A DNA stretch of 64,000 bases from Tubiluchus corallicola (GCA_030141605.1 JAQGDQ010000330.1:124001-188000), one strand, 5' to 3'. Numbered from the stretch's first letter, positions 13,101-23,900 are shown. The notes: generated by a model from the letters alone, not told the origin. Program-made: numbers and translations.

Positions 13101-14890
13101 GCCAGAAAAGAAAACATTTTGTTTTGTCCTTATTTAAAGTTAATCAAATAGTTGTTTTTATCTAAGTTGCAAAGCCGTAAACTAAACTAAACTGCGTATT
13201 TTCTTGATTACAAAATGGTTTAATCAGCAACTCATAAACGTAAGCATTGTGCATTTCTTCCTATAAACGAAACTAGACTATATACTTCCACTAATTCATT
13301 TGCAATTTCTATTGACAATGAAATCTAGAACCTGGCCAATATTTCTCCCGCTAACTAATGAAAAGTTGAGCATTTTTCATAACAGTGTTAGACACAGCTG
13401 TAGCTAAGTGTCCCGAACATACCCAAGTTAATTAAGCTCTGCAGGGGTGTGAAATAACTTACACGCTGATTGGGCAGTCAACGAAAATGATTGACATTAT
13501 GTTAGACGTCAATCATGGAGACAAATTTTTTAGATAATTCGTGATGCTTATACACAGAAAAGAGCTGATGTACAAATTCAAATAATGCATTAGAAGGGAT
13601 TTTTTTATTATTATAAAAAAGCAACAGATTTATTACAAATGCACGCTGACTAATGTTGCCTATTTGTGTATTTAATTTCGAATTGACCAACTTTCTTGTT
13701 CAAAAATTTCAGAAGTTTAGTATCTCTGCCAGTGTGCACACGATCTGACCACGAATCTGCAATGCGTTTGTCATACTTCGACCAGTGAATTGCAGTGTCA
13801 CGTGATTGTCGCATCGGCTAACTCGACTCCCATCACTGAGCGGCTGGCGCTGTTAGAACTGGGTTTCTTATTGGCTGGGTCGACTGTAGAAAAAAACTAC
13901 TTGGGCTATCTGAAGTGTAGAGAATATACAGTCCAAAGAGTATCTTCACTTTGGTTCCTACCCTGCCATATTTCAACCAGAGATTTAGTGTCAAGAGCGA
14001 AAATCTTCGCAGCCAGCTCGACTTCCATCACTGAGTGGTTGGCGAGACTAGAGCTGGGTTTCTGATTGGCAGTAGAAATAAACCGACTGGAGCTCAACTG
14101 AAACGGCACAGGTCCGTGCTCTACATATGCCCTCTTAAATAATCAAGAGCAGAAATGTGTCAAGGTAAGCCTGTAGACTCTGTATATCATTATAGGTAAT
14201 GTGGGTAAGCTATAAATCCATGTGACAGAGCTTGTCTAATCACTGAACAAACAAGGAAGGCGAAGGTTTCCCATGTTGCAAGAACGTACGCAAGAGAGTA
14301 GAAAGTATAGTATCATTTATCTGATATACCCAAAAAAGGTGATTTCTCATTTATTCTTGTAAAGTATAGCTGGGCGGAAAGTATAATGTTATTTTCATTT
14401 TTTTGCAAATAGGTACTATGCGAATTGTTTCAAAGCAGCGGAGAAATTCGCCGAAACTTCAAAGTTGGATGGTGCACATTTTGTTTACGTATGGAGCAAT
14501 TTTCGCAAATTTGCATTGATCTTCAATCGCATAATTTAGACTACCACAGACGGCTAGCAATTATCTCAATGATAAACTAAACTATATTGGACTTGAACAA
14601 TTCTAAAAATTGGTATAAAGTTTGCATGTCAAATGCGTTTCCAAAAAAATATATGAACACTTAAAAAGTAGACATTTTTGCGTAATGCTAGAGAAGTACA
14701 TTTTTTAATGTGTAGCTGCTAAGTGTTAATAACATGGAATAATGGATAACAATAAAAATTTGTTCAGTGCATGTGAAATTAACGTTACCGTATGGTGTGT
14801 GCCGGTCCAACGAGACGTCCGCCTCATCCCCATTAACACCACATTCAACTCTCCTTGGATAATATAAACTGAATTTATCGGCGGCTCCAT
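1103..14890 (-). CDS. GBF1: Golgi brefeldin A-resistant Arf guanine nucleotide exchange factor 1, N-terminal (DCB) coding exons 1-5; gene continues beyond position 1
   Basis: Phase-compatible GT-AG exons: 14890-14789 ([34 protein letters not shown]), 5264-5204 ([20 protein letters not shown]), 3792-3661 ([44 protein letters not shown]), 1839-1721 ([40 protein letters not shown]) and 1211-1103 ([36 protein letters not shown]). These match, from memory, GBF1/Garz motifs [22 protein letters not shown] and [17 protein letters not shown]. Confidence 0.95.
1430..1514. repeat. Short palindrome, possible minimal MITE, in a GBF1 intron
   Basis: AAATCTACCTGTATGGCATAGATCTTGAAAGAC ... GTCTTTCAAGATCTAGGCCATACAAGTAGATTT: ~33-bp near-perfect inverted arms. 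Confidence 0.7.
4255..5095. mobile_element. Foldback/MITE-like element with long imperfect inverted arms
   Basis: ~4255-4605 is the degenerate reverse complement of ~4754-5095 (e.g. GGGAGTTTAAATTTAC...CAGAGTTACTG vs CAGTAACTCTG...GTAAATTTAAACTCCC). Related partial copies lie at ~38374-38510, ~50930-51220 and ~59540-59930. Confidence 0.75.
5309..6229. repeat. 60-bp tandem repeat (~15 copies), left part; interrupted by the LTR retrotransposon
   Basis: Unit CAGTAAATCAGCTAGCTTGGCTGAAGCTGAGTCAGTTGCTACTACATCAGCTGACTCACA, stacked in register in the 60-nt lines. Confidence 0.95.
6230..6578 (+). repeat. 5' LTR (349 bp)
   Basis: TG...CA ends with the TGTCGT/ACGACA inverted termini and AATAAA near the 3' end. 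By eye identical to the 3' LTR except GTCTG vs GTCCG. Confidence 0.95.
6584..6594 (+). promoter_or_regulatory. Primer binding site, initiator tRNA-Met
   Basis: TGGTAGCAGAG just after the 5' LTR is complementary to the ...CUCUGCUACCA 3' end of eukaryotic tRNAi-Met. Confidence 0.85.
6728..12295 (+). CDS. BEL/Pao gag-pol polyprotein (PHD-like finger, gag, Zn knuckles, protease, RT, RNase H, integrase), 1855 aa
   Basis: [18 protein letters not shown] (Pao gag), three CCHC knuckles (CAFC..H..C, CYKC..H..C, CFHC..H..C), YVDGGA protease and RT motifs [20 protein letters not shown]. Also FTDAS..AY and LPRLEL (Pao RNase H), NPADWGTRG, and an integrase with HHCC plus D,D,E (MDYIGP/SDNAT/FYERLVG). Confidence 0.95.
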   Translation: MAKDNKCINCRQRVASGLICDSCERWWCINCLNLKQDHVLTEKLYEALSQLGEFQWACEKCCDNNLLIQLVKSGTFTTKQLSEFGCNGDVINVIKATKPVDKVEVMSAENQTEATSLPTQQNTASRGQVLLNETMSQINQPAQGGSLSQQDATLAMMQMFLQSQQQMFQTLQEERERKERKEELQLILESVKKQPVSSPPPDMSSDSTTNFTTARLPKIELAKFNGNALQWNNFWESFKINVDSRQLNNKQKLDYLHRVLEGPAYDKIKGLGMEGDKYSEAVTILKNFYGNPGFQQKAHWESLKAVPHVKENLSNLEQFTDEIRSVTISLKRQGITNQALDSHVTELVEKLPKYLTEEMNRFRLYQGKKRDAVKMEELISFLEDYQEVNLHRTNEGQVKKTQLRNQGSGTEKAIPTANFIQNVSRNKLRCAFCEKDNHYSDECKKVVDPKTRKEIIANAKRCYKCLSTRHLIKDCNRQKPCFHCKSTSHNSALCEKREKILFPQHLSVQTEPSVTETIVKQHDFHVTYPAEEGIVMPAFPCTAVNPQTEEAREVFVYVDGGAKHSSISDEAASRLSLLRMGRYKLETSRFNTDVIEAVHSSKVKFILKGSKDFSLQIQAYTIPKLAPPFQVEPIRLDAQALEKVRQLRLLNLPPRSNTQRRIDVIIGQDFINRIMGPMIPATHIQNDLFAHRSPLGDFLAGNATIPEMNYDSSTRPVVAPNLFCYSAIEDVADSTQLEQVGINKQSELSQKDHEVIQKFRETIEFKHGRYKVGFPWKHPTQHLVSNYHVAKKRLESTLKMLAPNRSPTRHYATYNETINNQLHQGIIESVTQPTTERRFIHYIAHFPVINENRASTQVRIVYDASDKNKADGKSLNDLIHAGPCLLTNLVGILLRFRLFEIVMLADIEKAFHQVSLMEADRDTVRFLWLKDPSQPDTVDNIKVYRFTRLPFGVNASPFLLLATILHHLQQNPGTLANRLQQNLYVDNVILEVVHGEDPMEIYQSAKNLFDIAAMNLRQWLSNDPKFNEALPQWDRQQGTTVKVLGIIWDTANDVMRPQYIFQPLEVYTRRLAMQQLARLYDPLGIYLPVTIKGKILLHKMAKQKFGLDEPVTASMVLEWQQLEEELKNIPQITLPRRVIMDRQVPVQLLCFTDASKDAYCACIYIHQRLDNHVISSLAFAKSQVATLTVSQTLPRLELEAVLIGCRMLRFVENQIDQPLLDKHLWTDSQIVLCWIHSSKVLPLYIERRRSEIISMDDIQFRYIDTKANPADWGTRGISAKKLCECNWICGPEWLSLEPKQWPKWSGNTNIQLPNLSRSRKTQTALVTVTEEKPAVYPFDIDVNNYSDYDKLLRVTSYCQRFIDRCRKKKIPESTNITADEMIEACIMWIKQVQQDCFSMESKLLHHGKFNQLIKQLDLHTDKGVICCGGRLANAITDQSMFPILLPRSHRFTELIIEKAHRRVLHSGVKATLAEIRKQYWIPQGYTTVRKTLSKCLLCQKIQGGTFKPPRMAQLPMERLRRTPAFHFTGMDYIGPMLIRAKPGEYHEKRWIALFTCFTTRAVHLEIVQDQSASATVQAIIRFISRRGCPAVILSDNATYFKKSEALLMQYFAEQRIRWKYIPERSPWVAGFYERLVGVIKQAMKKTLWKATLDNNGLQTLITQIESLMNTRPLLNISSSPEELTMLTPANFIAPMGKLSISTSNEDVLDPDYAPEARPTDALKVQWQKVNRKLDQFWSVWHKHYLHSLKETHQVHFRRKRGEIARKPTVGEVCLIQDATPRATWKIGKIVEFLPSQDGEIRFVSIKLPTGYVTRRGVKDLVPLETNFEAGETKDTTQLLTCWREDVVVNDRRFCP
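12252..12261 (+). promoter_or_regulatory. Polypurine tract
   Basis: GGCGGGAGGA immediately 5' of the 3' LTR. Confidence 0.75.
12262..12610 (+). repeat. 3' LTR (349 bp)
   Basis: Direct repeat of 6230-6578. The pol stop codon (12293-12295) lies inside it. Confidence 0.95.
12611..12730. repeat. 60-bp tandem repeat, right remnant (~2 copies)
   Basis: Resumes in register after the TSD: CTATT-ACATCAGCTGACTCACACAGTAAATCAGCTAGCTTGG... Confidence 0.9.
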
Positions 14891-14959
14891 CGTGATGTTA
14901 CAAGCATCAACTTAGAAGCACTGACTAATTTGTGATCTGAAAATTGTAAAACCGCTTAG

Positions 14960-15306
14960 TATCAATCAATCAATCAATCAATTTATTTCACTCCAGCAAT
15001 ACATCAACATACAATATTATTGAAACAAAAAGAAACAGTATAGGTAAAAAAACGTTGATGAAGTCAAATTAACCAAATAAAAGAGTTGCTGTATGACACC
15101 TTGAAAGCTTGGCTTGTTAAGGTGGCACAAATGAGTGAATGAAAGAATGGTGAGGGTTAAGACATGATGGAATGGAAAAAATAGTAAAATTAGAGATAGG
15201 AAGAAGGAAAAGAGGAGAAGAAACGACCACAGTGTATGTTTAATTTACATAGAGGTATATTAAAATAGCATTATAATTGATTGGAGGCCATATATTGCGA
15301 CTGCAC
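14960..15306 (-). mobile_element. LINE 3' fragment with (ATTG)n tail, copy 1
   Basis: (ATCA)n-ATTTATTTCACTCCAGCAAT...GGAGGCCATATATTGCGACTGCA is closely repeated at 53744-54098. AAATAAA followed by a tetranucleotide tail on the - strand is typical of CR1/L2. Confidence 0.7.
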
Positions 15307-16045
15307 TACTAAATTTTTTTTAACAAGCAGCTAGTCTCATACAACAAAAGTCCTATGAGAAACATCAAATGCTTCAAAGAGAACGCTAAGCAACTGAAAA
15401 CGTTTAATTTCCAAAAATCCTTAAACAATGAGGTTAAGTGCAGTGGAGGAGCGCATGACAGATCTATTCAAAACAAAAACGCTATGTTAGCTTATCAGCG
15501 CATGATGAACATACATGATTTTAAACAAAACAGTAAAATTGTACTTAACGTGACTGTTTCTAGGTATATTATAACTCACAAAAGCAAAGCAAAGATGACA
15601 ACGGCAGCAAAGGTTCCTTAATTACATACAAATATTTTGTTTTCAATACGTGAAGCAAAAATGCAAGTCAATTATGCGGCGGTATTTGAGTGAATTGCCG
15701 GCAGTTTTTATGTACATTTGAATAGAAGTAGCCAGTACCACATGTTGTTGAGTCAAATAGGTGATCGATTCTATTAACCATAAATAGTCTAATAAAGTCT
15801 AATAACCATGAGTCTAATAAACGGTGATTATTGTAATAAATATGGCACCAGATAGTTTCATGAAAGACAGAGATTTTAACAAAATATTGTCTCATACGTA
15901 AAACCTGTATAACACACACTGTAATGCTAATAGTCCGTGAACCAGATTCCCAACTTTTGGACAACACTCACTACGGAAACTTTATATAGCAATGTCAAGA
16001 GTCCACATGTGCCGGCATCCACAGAATTTCTTGCGAAAATTTTTT

Positions 16046-16329
16046 TTGGCTAATAAATTTTTTTAACAGTAAACTAAGAAGCACATCAATCCCTTGTTGC
16101 TTTGGCTAATAAATTTTTTTAACAGCAAACTAAGAAACAGATCAACCCCTTGTTGCTTTGGCTAATAAATTTTTTTAACAGCAAACTAAGAAACAGATCA
16201 ACCCCTTGTTGCTTTGGCTAACAAATTTTTTAACAGTAAACTAAGAAACACATCAACCCCCTTGTTGCTTTGGCAAATAAATTTTTTTAATGGTAAACTA
16301 AGAAGCACATCAACCCCCTTGTTGCTTTG
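16046..16329. repeat. ~56-bp tandem repeat, 5 copies
   Basis: TTGGCTAATAAATTTTTTTAACAGCAAACTAAGAAACAGATCAACCCCTTGTTGCT repeated. Confidence 0.9.
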
Positions 16330-19047
16330 CGCAATCCTCGAGCTCCAAGCTGATTTGCATAGTGAAGTTATGTTTATGTATGTCACTTACATAGTGTCGA
16401 TTCTGTTATCAATTTCCGTTGTCTAGACACTGTCTAGTATTGTCTCAATTGTCTAGTAGATTGTCTACTCAATTACCTAGTGGGTGGACTGTGAACTTAA
16501 GTCTCACATCTGTTTTATTTTTTACTATCCACATTTTGCTGGGGAGAAAATCTCGACACTAAATAAATTAAGCTTAAGTAATGGGTCATCTGCATTGCAG
16601 TGTATTACTGCTTTTAAGATATATGACTACTGCAATAGAATACAATGAATATTACCTAGGTAAATGTAGGTAAAATATATTTATTAAAGCAGAATTTTTC
16701 ACATTTGAGGAAGTTTATGTACCATAATTTAGATCTCACTTCAAAATTCCAAAATGTGCTTAAATACAGGAAAATAACCCCAGACCCCCTAGCTGCTTGT
16801 GCGTCAAATTTTTTCAACTCTGGTGGCACCCATGGAAAGTCTACTATAGAGGTAAACTGCATAGGTAAAAACTTATACTTAGAAATTAAAATTAACCCGT
16901 AAAAATAAACAAGGTATCAATAAATAGTTTTTTGAGCTATTCTGAGAAAGGACAGTTTTTAGGGTAGTTCACCCTGATGAACTAGTAAAAATTTTTTGTA
17001 CTATTATCCAGATGATCAGAATGGTGAACAATTTAATCAATACAAAGCTCTTCAAACTTACAAAGCTACAGTATTGAGCGATCACCTCACTCACCACAAT
17101 GCACAAATTTGCACACAAGAGGAACTCTGAGGGTGGTCCCACAAAGTTGTGCCGTAGGACGGCCCACCAGACATTTTTGTAATGTACAAGTACAGACTTA
17201 GACCTAGCACCAGTATACATGCGTGTTGTTAGTGTCATCAACTTTACCCCTTTTGCAGTTGCCTTTTTGTTTTCAACTTCTTTGTTTTTGGGTTGTGCTC
17301 TTTTTTCTAGTTATAACCTCATTACTTTGCGAGTTACAATAAAGTTGTTAAATTTATTCTTGTCATCTTGGTGTTTGAGACAGAGCTGGTACATTCTTTA
17401 ATTAATGGCATGGTGGCTCCAGACCTAGAGAGGCATAGACCGTCTAGAAAATCACAGGAGAAATTAGCCCCTGAAATGATACCTGTAATATATTGCCTAG
17501 TTATGGTAGCTTAGCTGTTATATTTGCCTGCTCAGAGGTTATGATGTTAGACAACAGTGGGCACTCATGTGAAACATTTGTCATACGTGTGTTGTTTGCG
17601 TCGTTACTGTTATACTGCTTATGTTACACTTCGTTAATAAAGATTATTAATTCATCTTATATACCAGCCTCTTTGTCTGGCTTGTGGCTTATATACCTAG
17701 CTCTATAACACTATAGAGAACAAACTGGGTCCTTCAATTACAAAAATCAGCGTAATTATTTTAATAAGTTCAGGAAAAATAATGCACAGCTAAAAATATT
17801 AACAGTAGTAGTTAAATTACGTGCCGACCCTGCAAATGCAAGATTAACATCATGTGTGTAGAACTAGCGAAATCATAGCAGTGAACGTTACGCTTTACGA
17901 CAGAGGCGACAAAACGTCCTCAATATGCATAGCTACCTTTTTGTTAATCACGAACCCAACGTCAAAATGGATGCATGGTTTTTGACGTAACTTTCTAGTG
18001 TTTGTGACTTGCCGAATTACCAAAATGGAACATATTTACACTATAAAAGCTAAAAAGTTTTTTTCTGGTGTCACAGCTGTTAAACTAGGAAATCGTTAGC
18101 CCTTTTGCTGTTGCAATGACAGAAATCGTCATTCTTCAGGCCGTGGTGAGTCGTGACGTGTTTATTTTTTTCCTACCAATAGCACGCTCGAAGTTGAACA
18201 CGTTAATTCATATCGTTTTATTTATTATTTACAGCGACGTTATTTTCTCTGCCAGAACTAAAAAGCTACCCTAATTCCTACGATTTTTTATTAAGATTTA
18301 TTGAAGACTTGTGTAGTAGTATAATGCTATTTCACTGTTCACTAAAAACATGAAATTTGTGCACGTCTTTATTGGCAGGTATATCTAATGTGGTGTGCTC
18401 TCCACTCTCCAAACTCTAATATTAGTATCATTATAACTTATCTTGCCTGGAAGTGCAGGCCTAGCTCATGGATTTTACTAAAAAACTTAAAAAAAAACAA
18501 AATTTACAAATTTGTTAGGGATAAGGCCATGATGTAAAACAAGGATAAGATATCAAACTGTTAAAAATGCATTAAATTTTGTTACTCGAACGTATGTAGC
18601 AATTACGACTGACATCGTTGTTTGTTGGTTTAGTGAGAAGTTATGGCTAGCCTATAACGCCTTTTTTAAATGACCTTGTCTAAAATTTGAGCTAAAATGG
18701 CGTCTAGAAATTGTAATAATTATGTCTCACTTGACGGCTAGTTGAGGAATTTCCACCTTCGTTTTGTTGTTATTGTAATGGCTCATGATGTCGGATATAT
18801 ACGTCTATGTCTAAGTCTGTTTGAGACTATTTTAGCGTAAAATCGTCTACGCTTGCAACTTGGCAGTTTCAAATGTTCATCATTTCGTTTTAGTAAAACA
18901 GTCAAATTTTATTTTTTTTTCATTTATTTAACTTCGGGAGCTACATGATTATGATTATGATGCTCCTACAATAAACAGTACGGCAATACACTCATTAAAC
19001 AGACTGTACAGGAAACAAATCAAAAATCGTCAAATCACGAAGAAGAT

Positions 19048-20898
19048 TTGGTCAACCACAGCATAATCGTAGATTATGAATTCCCAAACACTATTGGTGA
19101 TCAGGACCATAAAAACTCTCCTAAAAACCAACCAGCGCTGATGTTTGTGAATCCCGAGACATCAGATAACGAGTCAGAATCCGAAAATGATACTCGGCCA
19201 GTAACAGAAAAGTTGTTTCCATTAACTTGTATTAATACGCAGCCACTGCATTCTAACACGGAAAGTGAGTTTATGAAAGCCAACTCGCATGTGAATAACT
19301 TAGTTGATGGAAAACAAACAACGCTTCTCATTTCCAACAGCCTTGATGATCTGCCCGAATATGACGGTATTTTTCCAAAAACAGTCTGCATTGGAGACTG
19401 TGAAAATCTGAAATTAGGACAACGATTATTAACACTCCAATTTAAAAATAGACAGAGTCAACGTCAAGTCACAAGCCTAGAAGCACAGCTTAGAGCTTCT
19501 TACGCAGAACAAACAACACTGAATAAAGAAATTACCAGACTGCATAACCTCATAGAAACACAACAAAGTGAGAATCAAACATCAAGTGAGCTTGACCTAA
19601 GACTACTACATGGAAAAATCGACAAACTGAGCTACTATCTACAAAACGAATCGCCGCAAAGTGTTTGGCAAAAAATAAATGAGACTGAAGAACGACTGAG
19701 TAGAAAAATAGAAAAGTTGTATAGCCTTATGACACAACAAACGTGCGGAGATGAGCTTTTGATATTAAATGAAACAGAAGCAAGAATGAGTAAAGCAATT
19801 AAAGACGGTTACAGCTTTTCACAACAGACAAAAGAAAAAGCAGACAGACCAGCTTCTGAAACAATGAATGTGACAATGAATGCAAAGAACGTGTATAATC
19901 AAAAACCAAGTAGTGTAAACACAAATGCAGTTGCCTCCACATCAAACAATAACATAACAGGGTGTGAGCTTAGCGACACGAAACTGACCACATCTTGTCC
20001 GCAAAACACCAAAACCGACAATGGGGAGAAACCAAAGCCGCGAACGTGCAAAAAAATTAATACATCAACTAAAACTTTAATCTTGGGTGATTCCCGAACC
20101 GCTTACTTGAATCCTCAAGAAATAGCCAAAAATCTACAGGTGCATTCTTACAGAGGGATAAACCTAAACGAAATGACAGCCTTCGTACGAGACCGATACC
20201 CTGAGAAGAAATTGGAAAACGTTATCATAACGTGTGGAATCAATGACGTAAGACAACATATTCAACAGAATCGAGAAAACGACCAGAACACTCACCTAGA
20301 CGAAATACTCAAGTCACTAACACGACGAATGGAACAATGCATTGTAAGTGTAAAAAATAAGTTTAACCCTTGTAATGTTTTTGTATGCAATATCCCGTTT
20401 GTAAAGACAAACAAACATTCAACTGCTAAACCCATGAATATCAGTTCGGTGAATAGAGTGTTACGATTATTTAACAGTGAACTCGAAACTCTGACAACTA
20501 AAACTAATACAATTTTGTGCAATTTGCAATGTCATTTTGAAGATGATAATTTAATTGCGAGAGACGGATTACACCTGAGTAGATTAGGTGTACAAAAGTT
20601 GCGAGAATGCATTAAACTATGTTTGTTTAATGACCCAAATCGATGGTATAGGGTTAAGACTAATCAAAACAAAGATACAGTTACTCGTGGCTTTACACAA
20701 AGTCAATATAATTATAAACCAGCTAGTTACGCAAATGCAGTTAAAAGATTACCATTATTACCAACTCCTGTAAATTATTCAAATGACTCTGATAAACCTT
20801 CAGGTGATACTAAGCCCATTCAAAAAGAGGCATTAAAATCAGAAATTGAAAATCTGTTTACCGGATTAGTAAAAGAATTCATTTCTAAGTTTGTATAA
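19048..20898 (+). CDS. LINE ORF1p: coiled coil plus SGNH/GDSL esterase domain (first in-frame ATG at 19141)
   Basis: Heptad-rich segment (LEAQLRASYAEQTTLNKEITRLHNL) and SGNH blocks LILGDS, ITCGIND and DGLHLS, as in esterase-type ORF1 of CR1/L2 LINEs. Confidence 0.85.
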   Translation: MVNHSIIVDYEFPNTIGDQDHKNSPKNQPALMFVNPETSDNESESENDTRPVTEKLFPLTCINTQPLHSNTESEFMKANSHVNNLVDGKQTTLLISNSLDDLPEYDGIFPKTVCIGDCENLKLGQRLLTLQFKNRQSQRQVTSLEAQLRASYAEQTTLNKEITRLHNLIETQQSENQTSSELDLRLLHGKIDKLSYYLQNESPQSVWQKINETEERLSRKIEKLYSLMTQQTCGDELLILNETEARMSKAIKDGYSFSQQTKEKADRPASETMNVTMNAKNVYNQKPSSVNTNAVASTSNNNITGCELSDTKLTTSCPQNTKTDNGEKPKPRTCKKINTSTKTLILGDSRTAYLNPQEIAKNLQVHSYRGINLNEMTAFVRDRYPEKKLENVIITCGINDVRQHIQQNRENDQNTHLDEILKSLTRRMEQCIVSVKNKFNPCNVFVCNIPFVKTNKHSTAKPMNISSVNRVLRLFNSELETLTTKTNTILCNLQCHFEDDNLIARDGLHLSRLGVQKLRECIKLCLFNDPNRWYRVKTNQNKDTVTRGFTQSQYNYKPASYANAVKRLPLLPTPVNYSNDSDKPSGDTKPIQKEALKSEIENLFTGLVKEFISKFV

Positions 20899-20995
20899 AA
20901 TTGGAAAACTATTAAACAGTTTATTTAAGATGACACGAATGAACTAAACTGCAAATAACTGTAATAAGCGTGATATATATACATATATTTTAATC

Positions 20996-23900
20996 ATGAA
21001 TTTTAAACGAGAAATTTTAAGTTTTACTCAAAATAAACGAATATTGTGTAAAGAATGTATAAACTCAAGACAGATGTGTCCAGTGCCAATCTCTGGTACA
21101 CTGAAACGTGTATGCACGTCTTGCTGCGTAATAATATCTCAAAATCGGATCGAAAATAACTCGTGCGTAAAATTTTGCTATTCTGCTTCTATTTTACAGT
21201 ATTCATCTGTGAGAAAGTGCACACGTTCAGATACTAGAGATTTATACTACAAGTTTCAGTACTCTCCTACTTTATTACGTGTACTCCCCTACCTAATTAA
21301 AAATAATTGTAACCATGATTATTTTCTAACAGTATTGAAAATGTTGCTTATAATTGGTTGTACTGAAACTAATCCAGGTCCCTTAAATCAAACCCCCACA
21401 CAAAACCACATGGATCTAGAGCTGGCAGATTTTATGCAAAAACATAAAAAGAATTTGAAATTTCTATGTATCAATATACAAAGTCTGACAAAAAAACATG
21501 CATTGCTTAAAGACACAGTTCGTTCATCTGAAAATTTAGTCGTTGGAATAACCGAAACTTGGCTACACAAACAAATACCTAGTGCCTCCATACAACTGCC
21601 TCATCATACACTCATACGTCGAGACCGTCCCACACATAAACGTGGAGGAGGGGTTGCAATGTACATCCCAAAACACATGTCATTTAACAAAGCCAAAGGA
21701 ATTAAAACTAACAAAATAGAATCAATTTGGTACAATATCGAAAACTACATTGTAGGTGTCATTTATAAGCCACCAAATCAAAAATATAAGACTTTTCTAA
21801 AACATTTTGAAATTGAACTTGAACGTGCTGTACTTGAAAATCAACCAGTTTTATTAATGGGGGATTTTAATATCGATATTAATGCAACAAATACTGCTCA
21901 GTGCAAAAAGTATAAAGAAGTCTTGGACCAATATAACACGCAAATACTAAACGCAAGTAATAAACCCACAAGAATCACTAAAACATCATCTACTACCATA
22001 GACCACTTTATCTCAAACGCTAAAGACAATTTCCAAGTACAAGAAAACTTCTCGTGTGATTATTCTGATCATGATTTTATAATAATAGTAGACAAAACAA
22101 AACCAACCAAAAACAGTACAGGCACAGTCTGGAAAACAGTCAGAGATTATTCTACATATAATAAAGATATATTTCAAGATACTTTAACCAAATTGGACTG
22201 GAGTAATATTTACACAATGACTGACATTGACATGCAAATAAACACATTAATAAATAATATGGAATACTGCCTGGATATCTATGCACCGTATAAAAAAATT
22301 AAAATACATCAGCAGCAATTTAATGCAAAATCTGCCTGCCCTTGGGCGGATACAGAATTCGCAAAACTAAGACACAATAAAAATGAATTATATAGAACAT
22401 ATTTACATTTAAAAGGTAAAATCAATTACAATAATTACAAAAAGGCACGAAATAAATTTAATAGCTACAACAGGAAACTCAAAAATAAATATTATATTAA
22501 TAAATGCAATGATGCAACTACACCTAAACAAAAATGGCGTTTAATTAATGACGTACTTAACAGATACAGAAACGATCAATTACAAATAAATACTTTACGA
22601 GAAAATGGCAGTATAATATCTGATCCAGTTGACATTGCTAACAAATTAAATTCCACATTTATCAATCTCGGAAAATTTGACAACTTGCCACACCAACATA
22701 ATGCAAATATACACAATATATACAAAAACCAATCAGTAATACAATCCACTTTCTCATTTACTAGCCTCACAGAATACGACATCTTTAGAATATTAAACAG
22801 TTTAAATATAAATAAAGGAAGTGGACCCTCAGACATGCCAATAAAGATCTTAAAAGACTGTGCCAGCATCATTACTCCTCATCTAACATATATCACAAAC
22901 CAAGTCTTAATGCGCTCAGAATTTCCAGCAGTGTGTAAACAAGCAAACATAACTCCAATACACAAGAAAGATGCTAAAGATGATGCTAAAAACTACAGAC
23001 CAATCTCAGTAGTGCACGTACTAGCCAAAGTATTTGAAAGAGTTATCTACAACCAAATTAACCATTACATTGAAAATAATAAGTTACTGTCAAATCATCA
23101 ATTTGGTTTTAGAAAACTACATTCTACAATAGACGCGATAATTGATGCCACTGAAAAGTGGCGTTACAACTTAAATAAAAATAAATATATAACAGCAGCA
23201 TTTTTAGATCTAAGTAAAGCTTTTGACAGCCTCGATCACAATTTACTGCTAGACAACTTACGCCAACTAGGATTCGATTATACTTCTCTCAAACTAATTA
23301 ATAATTACCTACACAATAGAAAACAAAGAGTCAAACTGAACAAACACACTTTTTCAACATGGGACACACCACAGAGAGGCATCCCACAAGGTACGATATT
23401 AGGTCCATTACTCTTTTGTTTATACGTTAATAAAATTCATTTAGTTTTACATAATTCAGACTTAACACAATATGCCGGTGATACAACACTCTATACAGCA
23501 CACGCAGACTTTCTAACATCAAAAAATAATCTAGAAAAAGACATAACAAATATAAATGCAGCATTTAACTATTTTGGTTTAAAAATGAATGATGATAAGA
23601 CAGAATTTATGGTAATATCACCCAAATCCAATGACATTACTTCTAATGCAACACTAAAAGTAGGTGACTGTTCCATAGAACAAGCAAAAACTGTAAAATT
23701 TTTAGGCATTACTGTCGACAATAAACTCACTTGGGATGAACAGTTTCATCAAATACACAACAAGATGGCGTTAAGCACGACATTCTTACGCCAAACCAGA
23801 GGCCATCTAACCAAGAAAACAAAAATTCTCATCTACAAAAGTCTAATATTACCACATTATCTATATGGTTGCACTTTACTTCAAAACGTTAAATACGAAA

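Noticed and set aside
13790-14109. Short ORFs with a duplicated ITE(R/W)LA.LELGF segment
   Set aside because: This is a ~55-bp dispersed duplication, probably a repeat fragment, with no recognisable domain or splice context.
16969-17708. Small ORFs that might be a transposase remnant
   Set aside because: No motif I can recognise and no termini found.
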